Source: Candidatus Hermodarchaeota archaeon (GTDB lineage: Archaea > Asgardarchaeota > Lokiarchaeia > Sigyniarchaeales > SOKP01). Taken from it: 47,391 bases of DNA. The translations under genes and the position numbers were made by a program. Location of the stretch: positions 1 to 47,391 of the forward strand of contig JBHLLP010000026.1 in assembly GCA_048885525.1 (NCBI GenBank), read 5' to 3'. Of the stretch, positions 1 to 10,598 are shown piece by piece (the first letter of the stretch is position 1; the number at the start of each line of letters is the position of its first letter). The notes under the pieces are model-generated. The model was given only the letters and a program-made list of their open reading frames with translations. It ran no database searches and was not told the origin of the DNA.

Positions 1-118
1 ATTTAAAAAGTTAATTTATTACACATTTTTAATCTTATATTTGATTCGGTATGAATTGAAAATGTTAAAAAGATTTGAGGTAAAATACAATATATAGTAT
101 AAATTAAAAGACCTTAAA

Positions 119-1387
119 ATGAGTACAATAGCTTCAGAATTTGAAAAGAATCTAGATAAATATGCTGAAGTGATCATAAAAGTAGCACTTAACCTCCAAC
201 CTGGACAAAAATTATGTATTTCTAGTAAATTTACCTTCGGAGTTTCTATTGAATTAGCCCCCTTAATACGGCTGATCACCAAAAAAGCTTATCAAATTGG
301 GGCTAGACTTGTTGAAGTAATGTGGTATGACGAAATAATACATTTAACTCGCTTCCAACATGCTCCTAATGACAGCTTCAATGAGTTTCCAACTTGGAAA
401 TATGATTATTTGTGTCGCCATATCAAAGAAGGTAATCCTATTCTTTATATTTCCGCATACAACCCTGATTTACTTGCTAAACAATCTCTTGAAAAATTAT
501 TATTATTTAAACAGACTTATTTCAAAAGAATCGAACCAATAGAAAAATTAGGAGAAGACCATCCATCTAACAATACTGTTGTCGCTTTTTCTGTTAAAGG
601 ATGGGCAAATAAGGTCTTTCCTGATCTACCACTGGAGAATCGAAAAGAAAAATTATGGGATATGATTTTTGAGATGAGTCGAGTAAAAAATGAAGATCCG
701 ATTTCTGCATGGCGAGATCACATTAATCACCTTAAAGTTAGGTGTAATTATCTCAACCATAAGCAATATACCGCCTTAAGCTTAAAGGCACCAGGGACAG
801 ATTTGATAATTGGGTTACCTCGAGATCATATTTGGAAAAGTGGCACTCTAATAACCAAAAGTGGGATAGAACATGTACCAAATATACCAACAGAGGAAGT
901 TTGTACCCTACCACATAAAGATAAAACAGAAGGTTTTGTAACGGCAACTATGCCTCTCTACGATGGAGAGAATTTGATTGAAGATTTTAAATTAACTTTT
1001 TCAAAAGGTAAAATCATAAAAATGAGTGCGGAGAAAGGCGAAGAATTTCTTCAAAATCTGATTAATATGGATGAAGGGGCTTCTCGATTAGGCGAAATAG
1101 CGCTAGTTCCACACAGTTCACCTGTCTCTCAGATGAATACACTTTTTTATAATACACTTATAGACGAGAATGCTTCTTGTCATTTAGCTTTTGGAAGAGG
1201 TTATAGATTTTGTATAAAAAATGGTGAAAAAATGTCTGATAAAAAGTTTGCAACAGTAGGGGGAAATTATAGTAAGATTCATGTGGATTTCATGATTGGA
1301 TCTGGTGAGATGGATGTTGATGGAATAAGGAAAGATGGAACTACTGAATCGATAATGCGCAATGGGGAGTGGACTTTTCAAATTTAA
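119..1387 (+). CDS. Aminopeptidase, peptidase family M29 (AmpS/AmpT/PepS type)
   Basis: 422-aa ORF with M29 motifs NIPTEEV, LGEIALV, NTLIDENASCHLAFG and HVDFMIG; N-terminal LDKYAEVIIKVALNLQPGQ. Confidence 0.93.
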   Translation: MSTIASEFEKNLDKYAEVIIKVALNLQPGQKLCISSKFTFGVSIELAPLIRLITKKAYQIGARLVEVMWYDEIIHLTRFQHAPNDSFNEFPTWKYDYLCRHIKEGNPILYISAYNPDLLAKQSLEKLLLFKQTYFKRIEPIEKLGEDHPSNNTVVAFSVKGWANKVFPDLPLENRKEKLWDMIFEMSRVKNEDPISAWRDHINHLKVRCNYLNHKQYTALSLKAPGTDLIIGLPRDHIWKSGTLITKSGIEHVPNIPTEEVCTLPHKDKTEGFVTATMPLYDGENLIEDFKLTFSKGKIIKMSAEKGEEFLQNLINMDEGASRLGEIALVPHSSPVSQMNTLFYNTLIDENASCHLAFGRGYRFCIKNGEKMSDKKFATVGGNYSKIHVDFMIGSGEMDVDGIRKDGTTESIMRNGEWTFQI

Positions 1388-1388
1388 A

Positions 1389-2273
1389 TTAATTATCAAT
1401 TAATTCTCCAACAGCAACAAGGAAAACTTTACCTCCTACTGATACACTAATTTCTCCTTCATCATTTCCTTCTGCTCTTAAAAAAAGTAGAGAAGGACGT
1501 CCTATTTCATAGCCTTGCTCAACCTTAATATCAATACGATTTTTGTTAAAATATTGATGTTTTACCAAATAGGCTGCTAGACAACCATTTCCTGAACCTG
1601 TTGCTGGATCTTCTGGTACATCATGATAATGACCAAAAACTCTCACACTTAAATCATTTCCTTTATTTCGAGTTTCTGGACAAAATATTAACATTACTTT
1701 TGATTCAATTTTTTCCATTAGATCAAAATATTTATCTACATCTACATTAGTTCGTTTCAACGCATCTAAGGTTTTCAAAGGAACAATAATAAATGATGCT
1801 CCTGTAGATACTTCTTGAATTGGAAATCTAGCATCAATATCACTCTTATTTAGTCTTAATATTTGTGATATTAATTCTACATCAAAAACTCTATTAAATG
1901 TTGGGGGATTTTGCTTCATCCATATCATATCAGGTTTTCCTGATTTATACTTAAACAGTACAGGTATTGGACCAATCTTAAGATTTAGAAGAATAGTTTT
2001 AACATTTCTTTTAATTAATTCCTGTTGAATTACAAAAGCAGTTCCTAATGTTGGATGCCCTGCAAATGGTATTTCAGCTTTAGGAGTAAAAATACGAACA
2101 TCATAATTTTCTTTTGAAGTTATGAAAGTTGTTTCAGAATAGTTCATTTCTTTTGCTATTTTTTGCATTTCTACTTCGAAAATCAATTTATCACAAATGA
2201 CAACAGCAAGTTGATTTCCTTCGAATTTTCTCTCAGCAAACACATCTACTATATAGAATTTACATTTTGGCAT
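1389..2273 (-). CDS. PhzF-family (diaminopimelate epimerase-like) isomerase
   Basis: Motifs VDVF..GNQLAV, EMNYSETTF, EIPFAGHPTLG, EDPATGSG and EQGYEIGRPS. Confidence 0.93.
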   Translation of the reverse strand: MPKCKFYIVDVFAERKFEGNQLAVVICDKLIFEVEMQKIAKEMNYSETTFITSKENYDVRIFTPKAEIPFAGHPTLGTAFVIQQELIKRNVKTILLNLKIGPIPVLFKYKSGKPDMIWMKQNPPTFNRVFDVELISQILRLNKSDIDARFPIQEVSTGASFIIVPLKTLDALKRTNVDVDKYFDLMEKIESKVMLIFCPETRNKGNDLSVRVFGHYHDVPEDPATGSGNGCLAAYLVKHQYFNKNRIDIKVEQGYEIGRPSLLFLRAEGNDEGEISVSVGGKVFLVAVGELIDN

Positions 2274-2429
2274 GAAAATACATCTCTACTGGTTAAGAAC
2301 TTAATATAATATTTGAGTTATTTTTAATATACAATTATTTTGGTTTTTCTTTAATTTTCAATATTTTAGATTGTATTAAAATTTATAATTATGTTTTTTA
2401 ATTACAAAATTGAACTATACAATTATAAC

Positions 2430-2888
2430 ATGAAAATCGAAGAAACCGAAAAAATTGGAAAATTATTTTATGAAGTGATGTGGAGTAAACCAGATCTTAC
2501 TATTGCTGATGAAATTATTGATCCTAAATACAATCCAAGTTGGATTCAAATAGATAAAGTTGGTCCATCTCAAATTAAGCATGAAATTACATATTTCCGC
2601 ACTGTATTTCCTGATCTAAAGTATAAAATAGTTGAGATGAGAGGAGAAGAAGATAAAGTTTGGATTCGCTATAAAGGACATGGTACACACCTAGGGAAGG
2701 GATGGGGTTTCAATCCTACAGAGAAAGAAGTAACATTTGAGGGAGCAACAATATTATACCTAAACTCCAAAGGTAAAATCATTGATCAATGGGGTGCATT
2801 TTGCTTTTATGATATATTTTTTGAGCTAGGAGTTGTACCTCCCTTCTGGGAATTACACAAATATGTTTCTGAAATAAAAAAACAGTAG
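2430..2888 (+). CDS. SnoaL-like ester cyclase / NTF2-fold protein
   Basis: Pattern FPDL...EEDKVWIRY..GTHLG..WGFNPTEKEV. ATG at 2430 preferred over the ORF-track start at 2391. Confidence 0.8.
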   Translation: MKIEETEKIGKLFYEVMWSKPDLTIADEIIDPKYNPSWIQIDKVGPSQIKHEITYFRTVFPDLKYKIVEMRGEEDKVWIRYKGHGTHLGKGWGFNPTEKEVTFEGATILYLNSKGKIIDQWGAFCFYDIFFELGVVPPFWELHKYVSEIKKQ

Positions 2889-2896
2889 GTTATTTG

Positions 2897-3763
2897 TTAT
2901 CTCTTTGCTGGAGAAGCATAACAATAAGCACAATTATGTCTACATCGGAAAATTCCTGAATATCCACCAATATCTTTGGATTTAAAACAACCACAAGAAT
3001 TTCTTTGTCCAGTATCCTTAAGTTTTGGAATTGGTTCACCTACTATTTTTTCAATTCTATAGGCATCAATACAATGTGCTTGTTCAATATCGTCGATTTT
3101 TATTAAGTCTGGTTGACAGCAAGCTTTCATTTTAATCTCATATGTATTACATATACCTATCATTTTCTCAAGAATCTCTATTTTCTTTTCAAAAGGAGGA
3201 TCAATTGGAACATAGCCTCTTGCATACATCCGAGATTTTACTTTGGAATAGATAGTAGCAAAAGAAAAAATCATTTCTGTTAATCCAAAAGCTGAAACAT
3301 TTTTGATTATATATTTAAATTTGTCTAAATTACTAAAAATTTTATTTGAATTATGCTTTTTATAGAAAATTATCGGATCAAACCTGAAATTAACTGAAAG
3401 TAAACCAAACTTTTCGATTAACCATTCGAGTTGTTGAAACCTATCTTCTAGTGAAATATTTAGATTATTTTCTAATTCAGAAGGGGAATTGATTGTAAAT
3501 TGGAATGAATGACCTTTGTACAGTTTGAAAAGAATTTTATTTTCATTAAATGTTCTTATCCAATCTTTAAAATTTTTTGACCACCAAACCCAACATTTCA
3601 CATCATCAGATTTTAGAGAAATTCGAGATATTTGTCTTCGATTAAAGGGATTGACTACATCAACATATCCTGTTTTTATCTGTTGAACAACCCAATTCAT
3701 TAAAAATGCAGGTATATCTGTTCTACGACTACAGGATATTATAGGGGATTTTAATTGGTTCAT
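2897..3763 (-). CDS. DUF1848-family protein (radical-SAM-like, C-terminal Cys cluster)
   Basis: N-terminal IISCSRRTDIPAF, central RFDPII, C-terminal QRxxCGCxxSKDIG...CRHNCAYCYA. Confidence 0.88.
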   Translation of the reverse strand: MNQLKSPIISCSRRTDIPAFLMNWVVQQIKTGYVDVVNPFNRRQISRISLKSDDVKCWVWWSKNFKDWIRTFNENKILFKLYKGHSFQFTINSPSELENNLNISLEDRFQQLEWLIEKFGLLSVNFRFDPIIFYKKHNSNKIFSNLDKFKYIIKNVSAFGLTEMIFSFATIYSKVKSRMYARGYVPIDPPFEKKIEILEKMIGICNTYEIKMKACCQPDLIKIDDIEQAHCIDAYRIEKIVGEPIPKLKDTGQRNSCGCFKSKDIGGYSGIFRCRHNCAYCYASPAKR

Positions 3764-3767
3764 TTAA

Positions 3768-6257
3768 CTATTTAAATTCTTTTCGAAATCCTTTTTCTAA
3801 TTTTCCTTTATCAAACAATCCTATTGAATTATTATTTATTATAATTTCTATTTGATCTGAGGGTGCATCTCTAGCTTTGAAGAGAATAGAATCTTTTTTA
3901 GGAATCTTATCAAAATCTATTGTAATTTTATCTTGTAAAAACTCATAATTTTTTATAAGTAAGCCATCAATACCCCATATTTTTTTTTGATTAAAATCTA
4001 TGAATAAGTCCCCAAAATGCTTTTTTACATATGCTGTAGCAGTTGCAGCAGTTCCAACTCCCCAATCAAAAGCTATATGTCCTGGAGTTCTAAAATCACT
4101 CCCAGAATGCCCATAATTTTCATAAACAACCCCTTTATCAACTCCCTCAATAGTATCAATTCCCTGTACATTACCAGGACTTAGTATTTCATATTCTGGT
4201 AATAGTTGCAATACCCAAGATGCTCTCAAGGCTGCAATTCCTCGTTCCATGTATTCATTCTTACCAGTTAATAGATAATAATCCATATATGTATGGATAA
4301 ATAAAGCTTGTCTAGCATCATTTAATTCTGCATCAGCATTTTGCACCCCAAATCCTCCAAATGTATTAATACTAATGTAGGGCATATCCCATACTTGTTG
4401 AAATAAAGATAATATTGCTAATACATACTCGCCAGTTTTTAAATGTTCGCTGTTATTCGTTACCTTATACAGTTCTTTAAATCCTTCAGTACACCAATAA
4501 ACGCATAAGGTATTTATAATATGACTATTTGTATAATTATCAAATGTATCTAATGGATATTGACTACAGCTAAAAAAAGGTTCAAAATCATGCCATTTAT
4601 TTGTTGGAACAATCTCAGTCTTGATAAAACCAGCAATTCTTTTAATAATTTCCAATATTCTTTCTTCTTTTAAAATTTTATAGAGTTCTGTCAGAAATAA
4701 TAGTGATGCTCCTGAACTAGCTGAATTGATTAAAATGTCTCTAAAAATGGGTATTGTTTTATCCTCTTTAAAATTTATATAACTTGGAATCACTCCATTA
4801 TTCATTTGTATTATTTCAATCAAATTTAATAATTGTTTACATTTCTCGATTATTTCTTCATTTTTTTCAAATTCTTGGTAATATTTTAAAGCCCAATACA
4901 TCGCAAGGCAAGAATCAACTATATGAAAATCATCTGTATAACTAAATGCTTTAAGCCCATTAATAATTGAAATTACATTAGAATCTGGGGATGCGGGCAA
5001 AATAACACTAGGAAATACCCCTTTTCTTCGAGGTAATTGTAAAATAGTATTTAATATCTTGGTTCCCTTATCGATAAGATCTTTATTATTCCATAATTCT
5101 CCAAAATATCTTAATCCATAACCAGTTCTGATGTTAAGAAAGAATGCATTATTCCAAATTTCAGCAGTTCTTGGAATATAAGCTCTTCGTCGGGTATAAT
5201 TATCAAACCATTCAACTTTTTCTGCATTATATGTTAATTCATTTATCATATCATTGGCTTTTGATTGTAAACTTGGCATAGTAGAGGTACTTCTCTTTAG
5301 AAATTCTTCTAAATTTTCGGGTTTTATGAACTCTATTGGTTTTTTCTTTTTACCCGACCAGGATCTAAACCAAATCCCCCCACATTCTACATTATTTATT
5401 TTAAAATCTCCCCAAAACTTATGTTGATCAAATAACGCAGTATAGCCTTCTTGAACATTCATTTCAAAAGGAAAAATTTGAGGATTTAAGTTGTTATGAA
5501 GAACCTTTCTACCATATTTTTCCCATAGGAAGTTATTGATAAATTTCAGAATATAATTGTTAGTTTTATTAAAAAAAATTATAATATAAAACCGAAAGGT
5601 CAAATCTGTATTTTCTTCAACCATCCATTCTTTCTGTGGTTCATGTATGAAAAGAATATGCTGAGTTGGTTTATAATTTCCAAACCCAAAAGAGATTTGT
5701 GGCCATTTTTCATTATTATTGGGTTCTAAATTGAAATTGATGAAGGAAGAAAAAGGACGGTTACTTCCAAGAGTTTTTAAATCAGGAATGAAAGCAAAAC
5801 CATATTTTCCTTTTTTATAAATAACCACAGGTGAACGAAATACATGATCGCCAATAACATAATTTTTTCCAGGGCAAAGATGGGGAACCCAAGTAAAATC
5901 TGGATTATTTCCTAATAAAATTTCATAATTTGCAAGAATTTTTGATAAATTTAGTTCTCTTTTGTTAGATAATTTATATTTAACATGAATAATATTTCTT
6001 TCTTCCAAACAATAATCTAAATTTAATAAGAAATCATCATCATTTAATTGGTAATATAATTTCTTTTTCTTGCTTTTTAGAAATGATAAGGCTTTCGTCT
6101 CTCTTTTGTTTTTTCTCCAGAAATTAAGAGTACTATATCCCTCTTCACTTGCAAGGATCGAAATTAAACGATCTTTTTCTTTTATTTCTATTTTTTCTCG
6201 TGTAAATTTCTGCTTTTCTTCAACAGAAATTCTAATTAGATCGTTTTCTATAATCAT
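3768..6257 (-). CDS. Large hypothetical protein, probable (alpha/alpha)6-barrel (six-hairpin glycosidase-like) C-terminal half
   Basis: 829-aa ORF. Beta-rich N-terminus, then repeated helical hairpins of the LYxxTxxxxYL type (ELYKILKEERIL, ELYKVTNNSEHL, YYLLTGKNEYM). Confidence 0.6.
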   Translation of the reverse strand: MIIENDLIRISVEEKQKFTREKIEIKEKDRLISILASEEGYSTLNFWRKNKRETKALSFLKSKKKKLYYQLNDDDFLLNLDYCLEERNIIHVKYKLSNKRELNLSKILANYEILLGNNPDFTWVPHLCPGKNYVIGDHVFRSPVVIYKKGKYGFAFIPDLKTLGSNRPFSSFINFNLEPNNNEKWPQISFGFGNYKPTQHILFIHEPQKEWMVEENTDLTFRFYIIIFFNKTNNYILKFINNFLWEKYGRKVLHNNLNPQIFPFEMNVQEGYTALFDQHKFWGDFKINNVECGGIWFRSWSGKKKKPIEFIKPENLEEFLKRSTSTMPSLQSKANDMINELTYNAEKVEWFDNYTRRRAYIPRTAEIWNNAFFLNIRTGYGLRYFGELWNNKDLIDKGTKILNTILQLPRRKGVFPSVILPASPDSNVISIINGLKAFSYTDDFHIVDSCLAMYWALKYYQEFEKNEEIIEKCKQLLNLIEIIQMNNGVIPSYINFKEDKTIPIFRDILINSASSGASLLFLTELYKILKEERILEIIKRIAGFIKTEIVPTNKWHDFEPFFSCSQYPLDTFDNYTNSHIINTLCVYWCTEGFKELYKVTNNSEHLKTGEYVLAILSLFQQVWDMPYISINTFGGFGVQNADAELNDARQALFIHTYMDYYLLTGKNEYMERGIAALRASWVLQLLPEYEILSPGNVQGIDTIEGVDKGVVYENYGHSGSDFRTPGHIAFDWGVGTAATATAYVKKHFGDLFIDFNQKKIWGIDGLLIKNYEFLQDKITIDFDKIPKKDSILFKARDAPSDQIEIIINNNSIGLFDKGKLEKGFRKEFK

Positions 6258-6395
6258 ATTTTCTATTTTAAAGTCCTTTTTGATCTGATTAAGGAAAAGT
6301 TCTTCTAATTATATCCTTTTCCGTTATATTCTGTAAAATAATTTAATAAATAATTTCAAATTTAGTTTTTAAGGATTAATTGATTCTGAATATTA

Positions 6396-6788
6396 ATGAC
6401 AAGAAAGAATATATCCTCTGGATCTCAATATGAAAAACCAATTGGTTTTTCAAGAGCAGTAAGAATTAAGAATTTTATTTCTATATCAGGTACAGCCCCA
6501 ATCGCTTCTGATGGGTCAACTGCATATCCTAATGATTTATATGGTCAAACAAAGCACTGTCTAGAGATTATAAAAAAAGCTATTGAGGAAGCAGGTGGCA
6601 ATTTAAGAGATGTTATTCGTACAAGAATAATGTTAATCGATATTTCAAAATGGCAGGAAGCAGCTCAAGCACACGGAGAATTTTTCTCCGATATTAAACC
6701 AGCAACTTCATTTATAGGAGTTAATAAATTCATAGATTCTGACTGGTTAATTGAAATTGAAGCCGATTGTGTTATAGATAATGATTAA
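6396..6788 (+). CDS. RidA/YjgF/UK114-family protein
   Basis: Motifs GFSRAVR, ISGT, DVIRTR, HGEFFSDIKPATS and LIEIEADC. Confidence 0.9.
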   Translation: MTRKNISSGSQYEKPIGFSRAVRIKNFISISGTAPIASDGSTAYPNDLYGQTKHCLEIIKKAIEEAGGNLRDVIRTRIMLIDISKWQEAAQAHGEFFSDIKPATSFIGVNKFIDSDWLIEIEADCVIDND

Positions 6789-6886
6789 TAATGGAGTAAA
6801 AGTAGAGTTTTAATAATAATTAAATTTGATTGAATGATTTTTACTGAATTATTAATTATTTAAAGTTTAGAATATTAAATAAAGTC

Positions 6887-7906
6887 ATGATTCCTTCAAT
6901 TGAATGGATTAATAATAAAGTGAAGATGATCGATCAAACATTACTTCCTCATAAACTTGAATTCCTTGAGTTTGACGATTATCGGGATGTTGCAACATCA
7001 ATAAAAGTAATGAATATTCGTGGTGCTCCTGCTATAGGCGTTGCCGCTGCGATGGGCATGGCATTAGCCACTATAGAATATAAGGAACTTCCTAAAGATA
7101 AGTTTTTAGAAAAAATGGAGGAAGCAGCGAACCTGATTAGAAGTACTAGACCAACTGCATCAAATCTTTTCTGGGCTGTAAATAGGATTTGGGAGATAAT
7201 TTCAAAATATCCAGATGATCCGTCAATGCTTTCTGATTTAGTGGTTGAAGAAGCACAACTTATGGCTCAAGAGGATATTAACGTAAATAAGAATATTGGT
7301 AAAAATGGTGCTGAATTACTCGAAGATGGTGATACTGTTTTAACACACTGTAATGCAGGCTCTCTTGCCACTGTTCAATATGGTACTGCTTTAGCACCTG
7401 TGAGAGCTGCAATTGAGGAAGGAAAGAAAATTCAAGTAATAGCTGATGAAACACGTCCAAGACTACAAGGAGCACGATTAACTGCATATGAATGTCAATA
7501 TGATAAAATCCCTGTAAATGTTATATCAGATACTTCCTCAGGTTTAATGATGATGTTAGGAAAAGTGAACAAGGTAATTGTCGGTACAGATAGAGTTTCT
7601 TCAGATGCTGTATTCAATAAGATTGGTACTTACTTAGTGGCATTAGCCGCAAAAGACAATAATATTCCATTTTATGTGGCAGCCCCAACATCAACTCTAT
7701 CACTTGACGATACCATTAATGATGTCACCATAGAGCAAAGAGACAGTAAAGAGGTAAGTAATATACTAGGTAAAGTTCAGATTGTTCCAAATGGAGTAGA
7801 GTGCTTGAATTATGCATTTGATATAACACCTTTTAGGCTTGTGACTGGAATAATTACAGAAGATGGTGTATACACCCCAGAAGAGCTCCTACAAAAATAT
7901 AGATAA
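6887..7906 (+). CDS. mtnA: S-methyl-5-thioribose-1-phosphate isomerase (eIF-2B alpha/beta/delta family)
   Basis: Motifs IDQTLLP, IRGAPAIG, TRPTASNL, LTHCNAGSLAT, ETRPRLQGARLT, NKIGTY and AFDITP. Confidence 0.92.
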   Translation: MIPSIEWINNKVKMIDQTLLPHKLEFLEFDDYRDVATSIKVMNIRGAPAIGVAAAMGMALATIEYKELPKDKFLEKMEEAANLIRSTRPTASNLFWAVNRIWEIISKYPDDPSMLSDLVVEEAQLMAQEDINVNKNIGKNGAELLEDGDTVLTHCNAGSLATVQYGTALAPVRAAIEEGKKIQVIADETRPRLQGARLTAYECQYDKIPVNVISDTSSGLMMMLGKVNKVIVGTDRVSSDAVFNKIGTYLVALAAKDNNIPFYVAAPTSTLSLDDTINDVTIEQRDSKEVSNILGKVQIVPNGVECLNYAFDITPFRLVTGIITEDGVYTPEELLQKYR

Positions 7907-8076
7907 AAATTTTAGCATTTTTTTTGGTCTCTTTTTAATTTGTGTCTAGTAGGGAAATTCAATTATATAATTCAGTTGTTGGATCTATATAGGTTAAAAA
8001 TTGGTCTCTTGTTATTTTTTATAGCATTTACCTCTATTATTTTATATAGATAAATTATACCGTAAGAGGATGAAAG

Positions 8077-8922
8077 ATGAAAATTTTAACAATAATGGGT
8101 GGTCCTAGAAAAGGGTATGGAACTATATGCATGGAAAAATTTGAACATGAATTAAAATTGCTTCAGGATGTTGATTTTGAATATTTATATCTTAAAGATG
8201 TCCATCTAGAATCTTGTATAGGGTGTTTAAATTGCTTTTTTATAGGAGAAGATAAATGTCCGTTCGTAAAAGACGATAGGGATTATATCATCAACAAAAT
8301 TAACGAAGCCGATGGTGTAATTTTTATGGCACCTACTTATGCCTTTCAAGTTCCAGCAGTCATGAAGAATTTTTTTGACAGGTTATCATACATATTTCAT
8401 AGGCCTCGTTTTTTTGGAAAGATAGCAATTGGTATTTCTAATCAAGGAATTAACGGTGCAAAACATGTCACCAAATATTTCAAATTGGTTGCTGACTCTT
8501 GGGGATTCAAGTTTGTAAATCGATTAGAATTAAGAACAGTCCCTTATGGAGGTGCAGAAGAAAGGATGACTAAGAAAATTCAAAAAACATGCAGAATTTT
8601 TCTAAAAGCACTAAATGGACAAAGATATCAAAAACCAAGCCTAGGAAATGTTCTTGCGTTTAGAATTAGAAAATTATTGTATTCTCAATATTGGATAGAC
8701 GAAACTAATGCGGATTATAAATATTGGTTGGAACAAGGATGGTTAGACGACAATAAGAAGCATTATTACGATGTAAAAATAGGTATTAGAAAGAAGATCA
8801 TTGCTAGTCTAATTTCTGCAATAGTAAAACCAAAATTTAAATCCTTGTTCCCTGAGGATCCTAAAAGAGTAATAAAACGGTACTTAAAGTTAGAATCTCT
8901 AAAATTTGAAAAAGAGGGTTGA
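8077..8922 (+). CDS. Flavodoxin-like NAD(P)H-dependent FMN reductase / iron-sulfur flavoprotein family
   Basis: GGPRKG, CIGCLNCF...CP Cys cluster, ADGVIFMAPTY and MKNFFDR; GAGGA ribosome-binding site upstream. Confidence 0.85.
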   Translation: MKILTIMGGPRKGYGTICMEKFEHELKLLQDVDFEYLYLKDVHLESCIGCLNCFFIGEDKCPFVKDDRDYIINKINEADGVIFMAPTYAFQVPAVMKNFFDRLSYIFHRPRFFGKIAIGISNQGINGAKHVTKYFKLVADSWGFKFVNRLELRTVPYGGAEERMTKKIQKTCRIFLKALNGQRYQKPSLGNVLAFRIRKLLYSQYWIDETNADYKYWLEQGWLDDNKKHYYDVKIGIRKKIIASLISAIVKPKFKSLFPEDPKRVIKRYLKLESLKFEKEG

Positions 8923-8956
8923 AAATCTTTCTAAAATTCCATTAGTATTTTTTCTT

Positions 8957-9937
8957 TCAAGCTTGTGCTACAATTGTCTTGATCTGTTTAATAGACTTTG
9001 CTTTATTTAGCTGGTGTCTAATAATTTTAGATTTCTCAATATCTTTCATTAACCATATTGCATTTCTCTTCAATTCTATAAATTTAATTTCTTCATTTCC
9101 TAAAGGATGTGAGATTCCATCTAAAAATTCATTAATTTTTTCTTCGAAAATTCTAATAAATTCTTTGATTTGATTAATATTTCTATTTAATGGGATATCC
9201 TTACCTTTTGTGAAATATTCATGGAGTTCTTTGAAGATAATTGGATTCCCCATAGATTCTCTTCCAACCATCAGGGCATCTACCTTAGTATAATCGATAA
9301 AATGTTTAGCACTTTTTGTACTATCAATATCACCATTTCCAATCAATGGAATTGTTAAACTCTCTTTAAGTTTCTTTACAGTGCCTAAATCCAAATTTCC
9401 CTCAGAAAAGTTACTTTTTACCAATCTAGCATGAATAATTAGAAAATCTATTCCAGAATTGTTTATTATTTTTGCCATCTCTTTAATATTAAAGGGTTTA
9501 TCAAACCCAGTTCTAATTTTAAGTGAAATTGGTCTCGCGGAGTACTTTACTGCGGTTTGAATAAGTGTTTTTAAATTTTCAAAATCTTTCATCAAATATC
9601 CACCCTCTTTAGCTTTAATAGCTCTTTTAGAGGGGCATCCTGCATTTAAATCTAACACATCAAATTTATAGCTTTCAAGATAGTCAATTGTTTTTTTCAG
9701 AGCTTCTGGATCAGAACCAATCAACTGTACACTAATGGGACGTTCTTCTTCAACCTTAATTAAGTCTTTCTCTATAGATTTTGGATTTTTTTCAATTCTT
9801 TTGGTATAAAGCATTGGGACTGAAACAAGGCCAATACTATGAAATGTTCTACAAAACCTCCTATAGGGAGCAGTTGTAATATTTAACATTGGAGCTAAAA
9901 TATATCTATTTTCTAAGTTAAGTGAACCTAATCTCAT
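8957..9937 (-). CDS. dus: tRNA-dihydrouridine synthase family protein
   Basis: Motifs ILAPM, VQLIG, DLNAGCP (catalytic Cys), SLKIRTG, IIHAR, IGNGDI and MVGR..GNP. Confidence 0.92.
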   Translation of the reverse strand: MRLGSLNLENRYILAPMLNITTAPYRRFCRTFHSIGLVSVPMLYTKRIEKNPKSIEKDLIKVEEERPISVQLIGSDPEALKKTIDYLESYKFDVLDLNAGCPSKRAIKAKEGGYLMKDFENLKTLIQTAVKYSARPISLKIRTGFDKPFNIKEMAKIINNSGIDFLIIHARLVKSNFSEGNLDLGTVKKLKESLTIPLIGNGDIDSTKSAKHFIDYTKVDALMVGRESMGNPIIFKELHEYFTKGKDIPLNRNINQIKEFIRIFEEKINEFLDGISHPLGNEEIKFIELKRNAIWLMKDIEKSKIIRHQLNKAKSIKQIKTIVAQA

Positions 9938-10045
9938 TTATTTAAAAGTGAATCTTGATTTTTCCTTAGAATCTAAAATCATGAAGTTTTTTTAGTAAAT
10001 GAAATTAACTATAATTAAATAAAGCTATTGTATACTATCAGTAAA

Positions 10046-10558
10046 ATGTCTAGTTTCCTTAAAGAATTTAAATTTGAAAAATCTCCTCTTAAAATTACTT
10101 ATCTCGATAAAGAACCATTAAAATTAACTAATGAATTTATCTTTTTTCATAATAAAAGTAAATTTAGAAAAGAACTCAATCGACTTCAATATTTAATCAA
10201 ATCATATACTAAAGTACCCTTACATGCTGCTGGTATAAGAGACTCCTATTTAAAAGAAAACGTTTCAGACAAATATTTGATAATTTTATTTACAATATCT
10301 GATATAATTAAAAAAGCTAATGAAATATTAGAACCAATTTTAAGTATTGAGCTAAATCCCGGTTGTTTTTATCTTGAATCAAATACAGATTTTATGCTTC
10401 TCCTTTCACGAGATATTGAAGGACTCAATTTTGGCATTGATACCTTAGAAACGATTTTAAAACAAATCCTTGAAGACTATATGAATCAAGAAAGATTTGA
10501 GGATTATATTAAGGTTCGTCCATTTAGACTTTTTAATTGTACAAAAAATCTTATCTAA
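10046..10558 (+). CDS. Hypothetical protein resembling the non-catalytic domain 2 of GH20 hexosaminidases, stand-alone
   Basis: GCFYLES....LLLSRDIEGLNFGIDTLETIL resembles the EGYxL...IxGxDxxGLFYGxQTLxQL pattern. ATG at 10046. Confidence 0.55.
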   Translation: MSSFLKEFKFEKSPLKITYLDKEPLKLTNEFIFFHNKSKFRKELNRLQYLIKSYTKVPLHAAGIRDSYLKENVSDKYLIILFTISDIIKKANEILEPILSIELNPGCFYLESNTDFMLLLSRDIEGLNFGIDTLETILKQILEDYMNQERFEDYIKVRPFRLFNCTKNLI

Positions 10559-10598
10559 ATTAAATAGTTATAAAGTATAAAGTTAAAATTAAAAAAAA

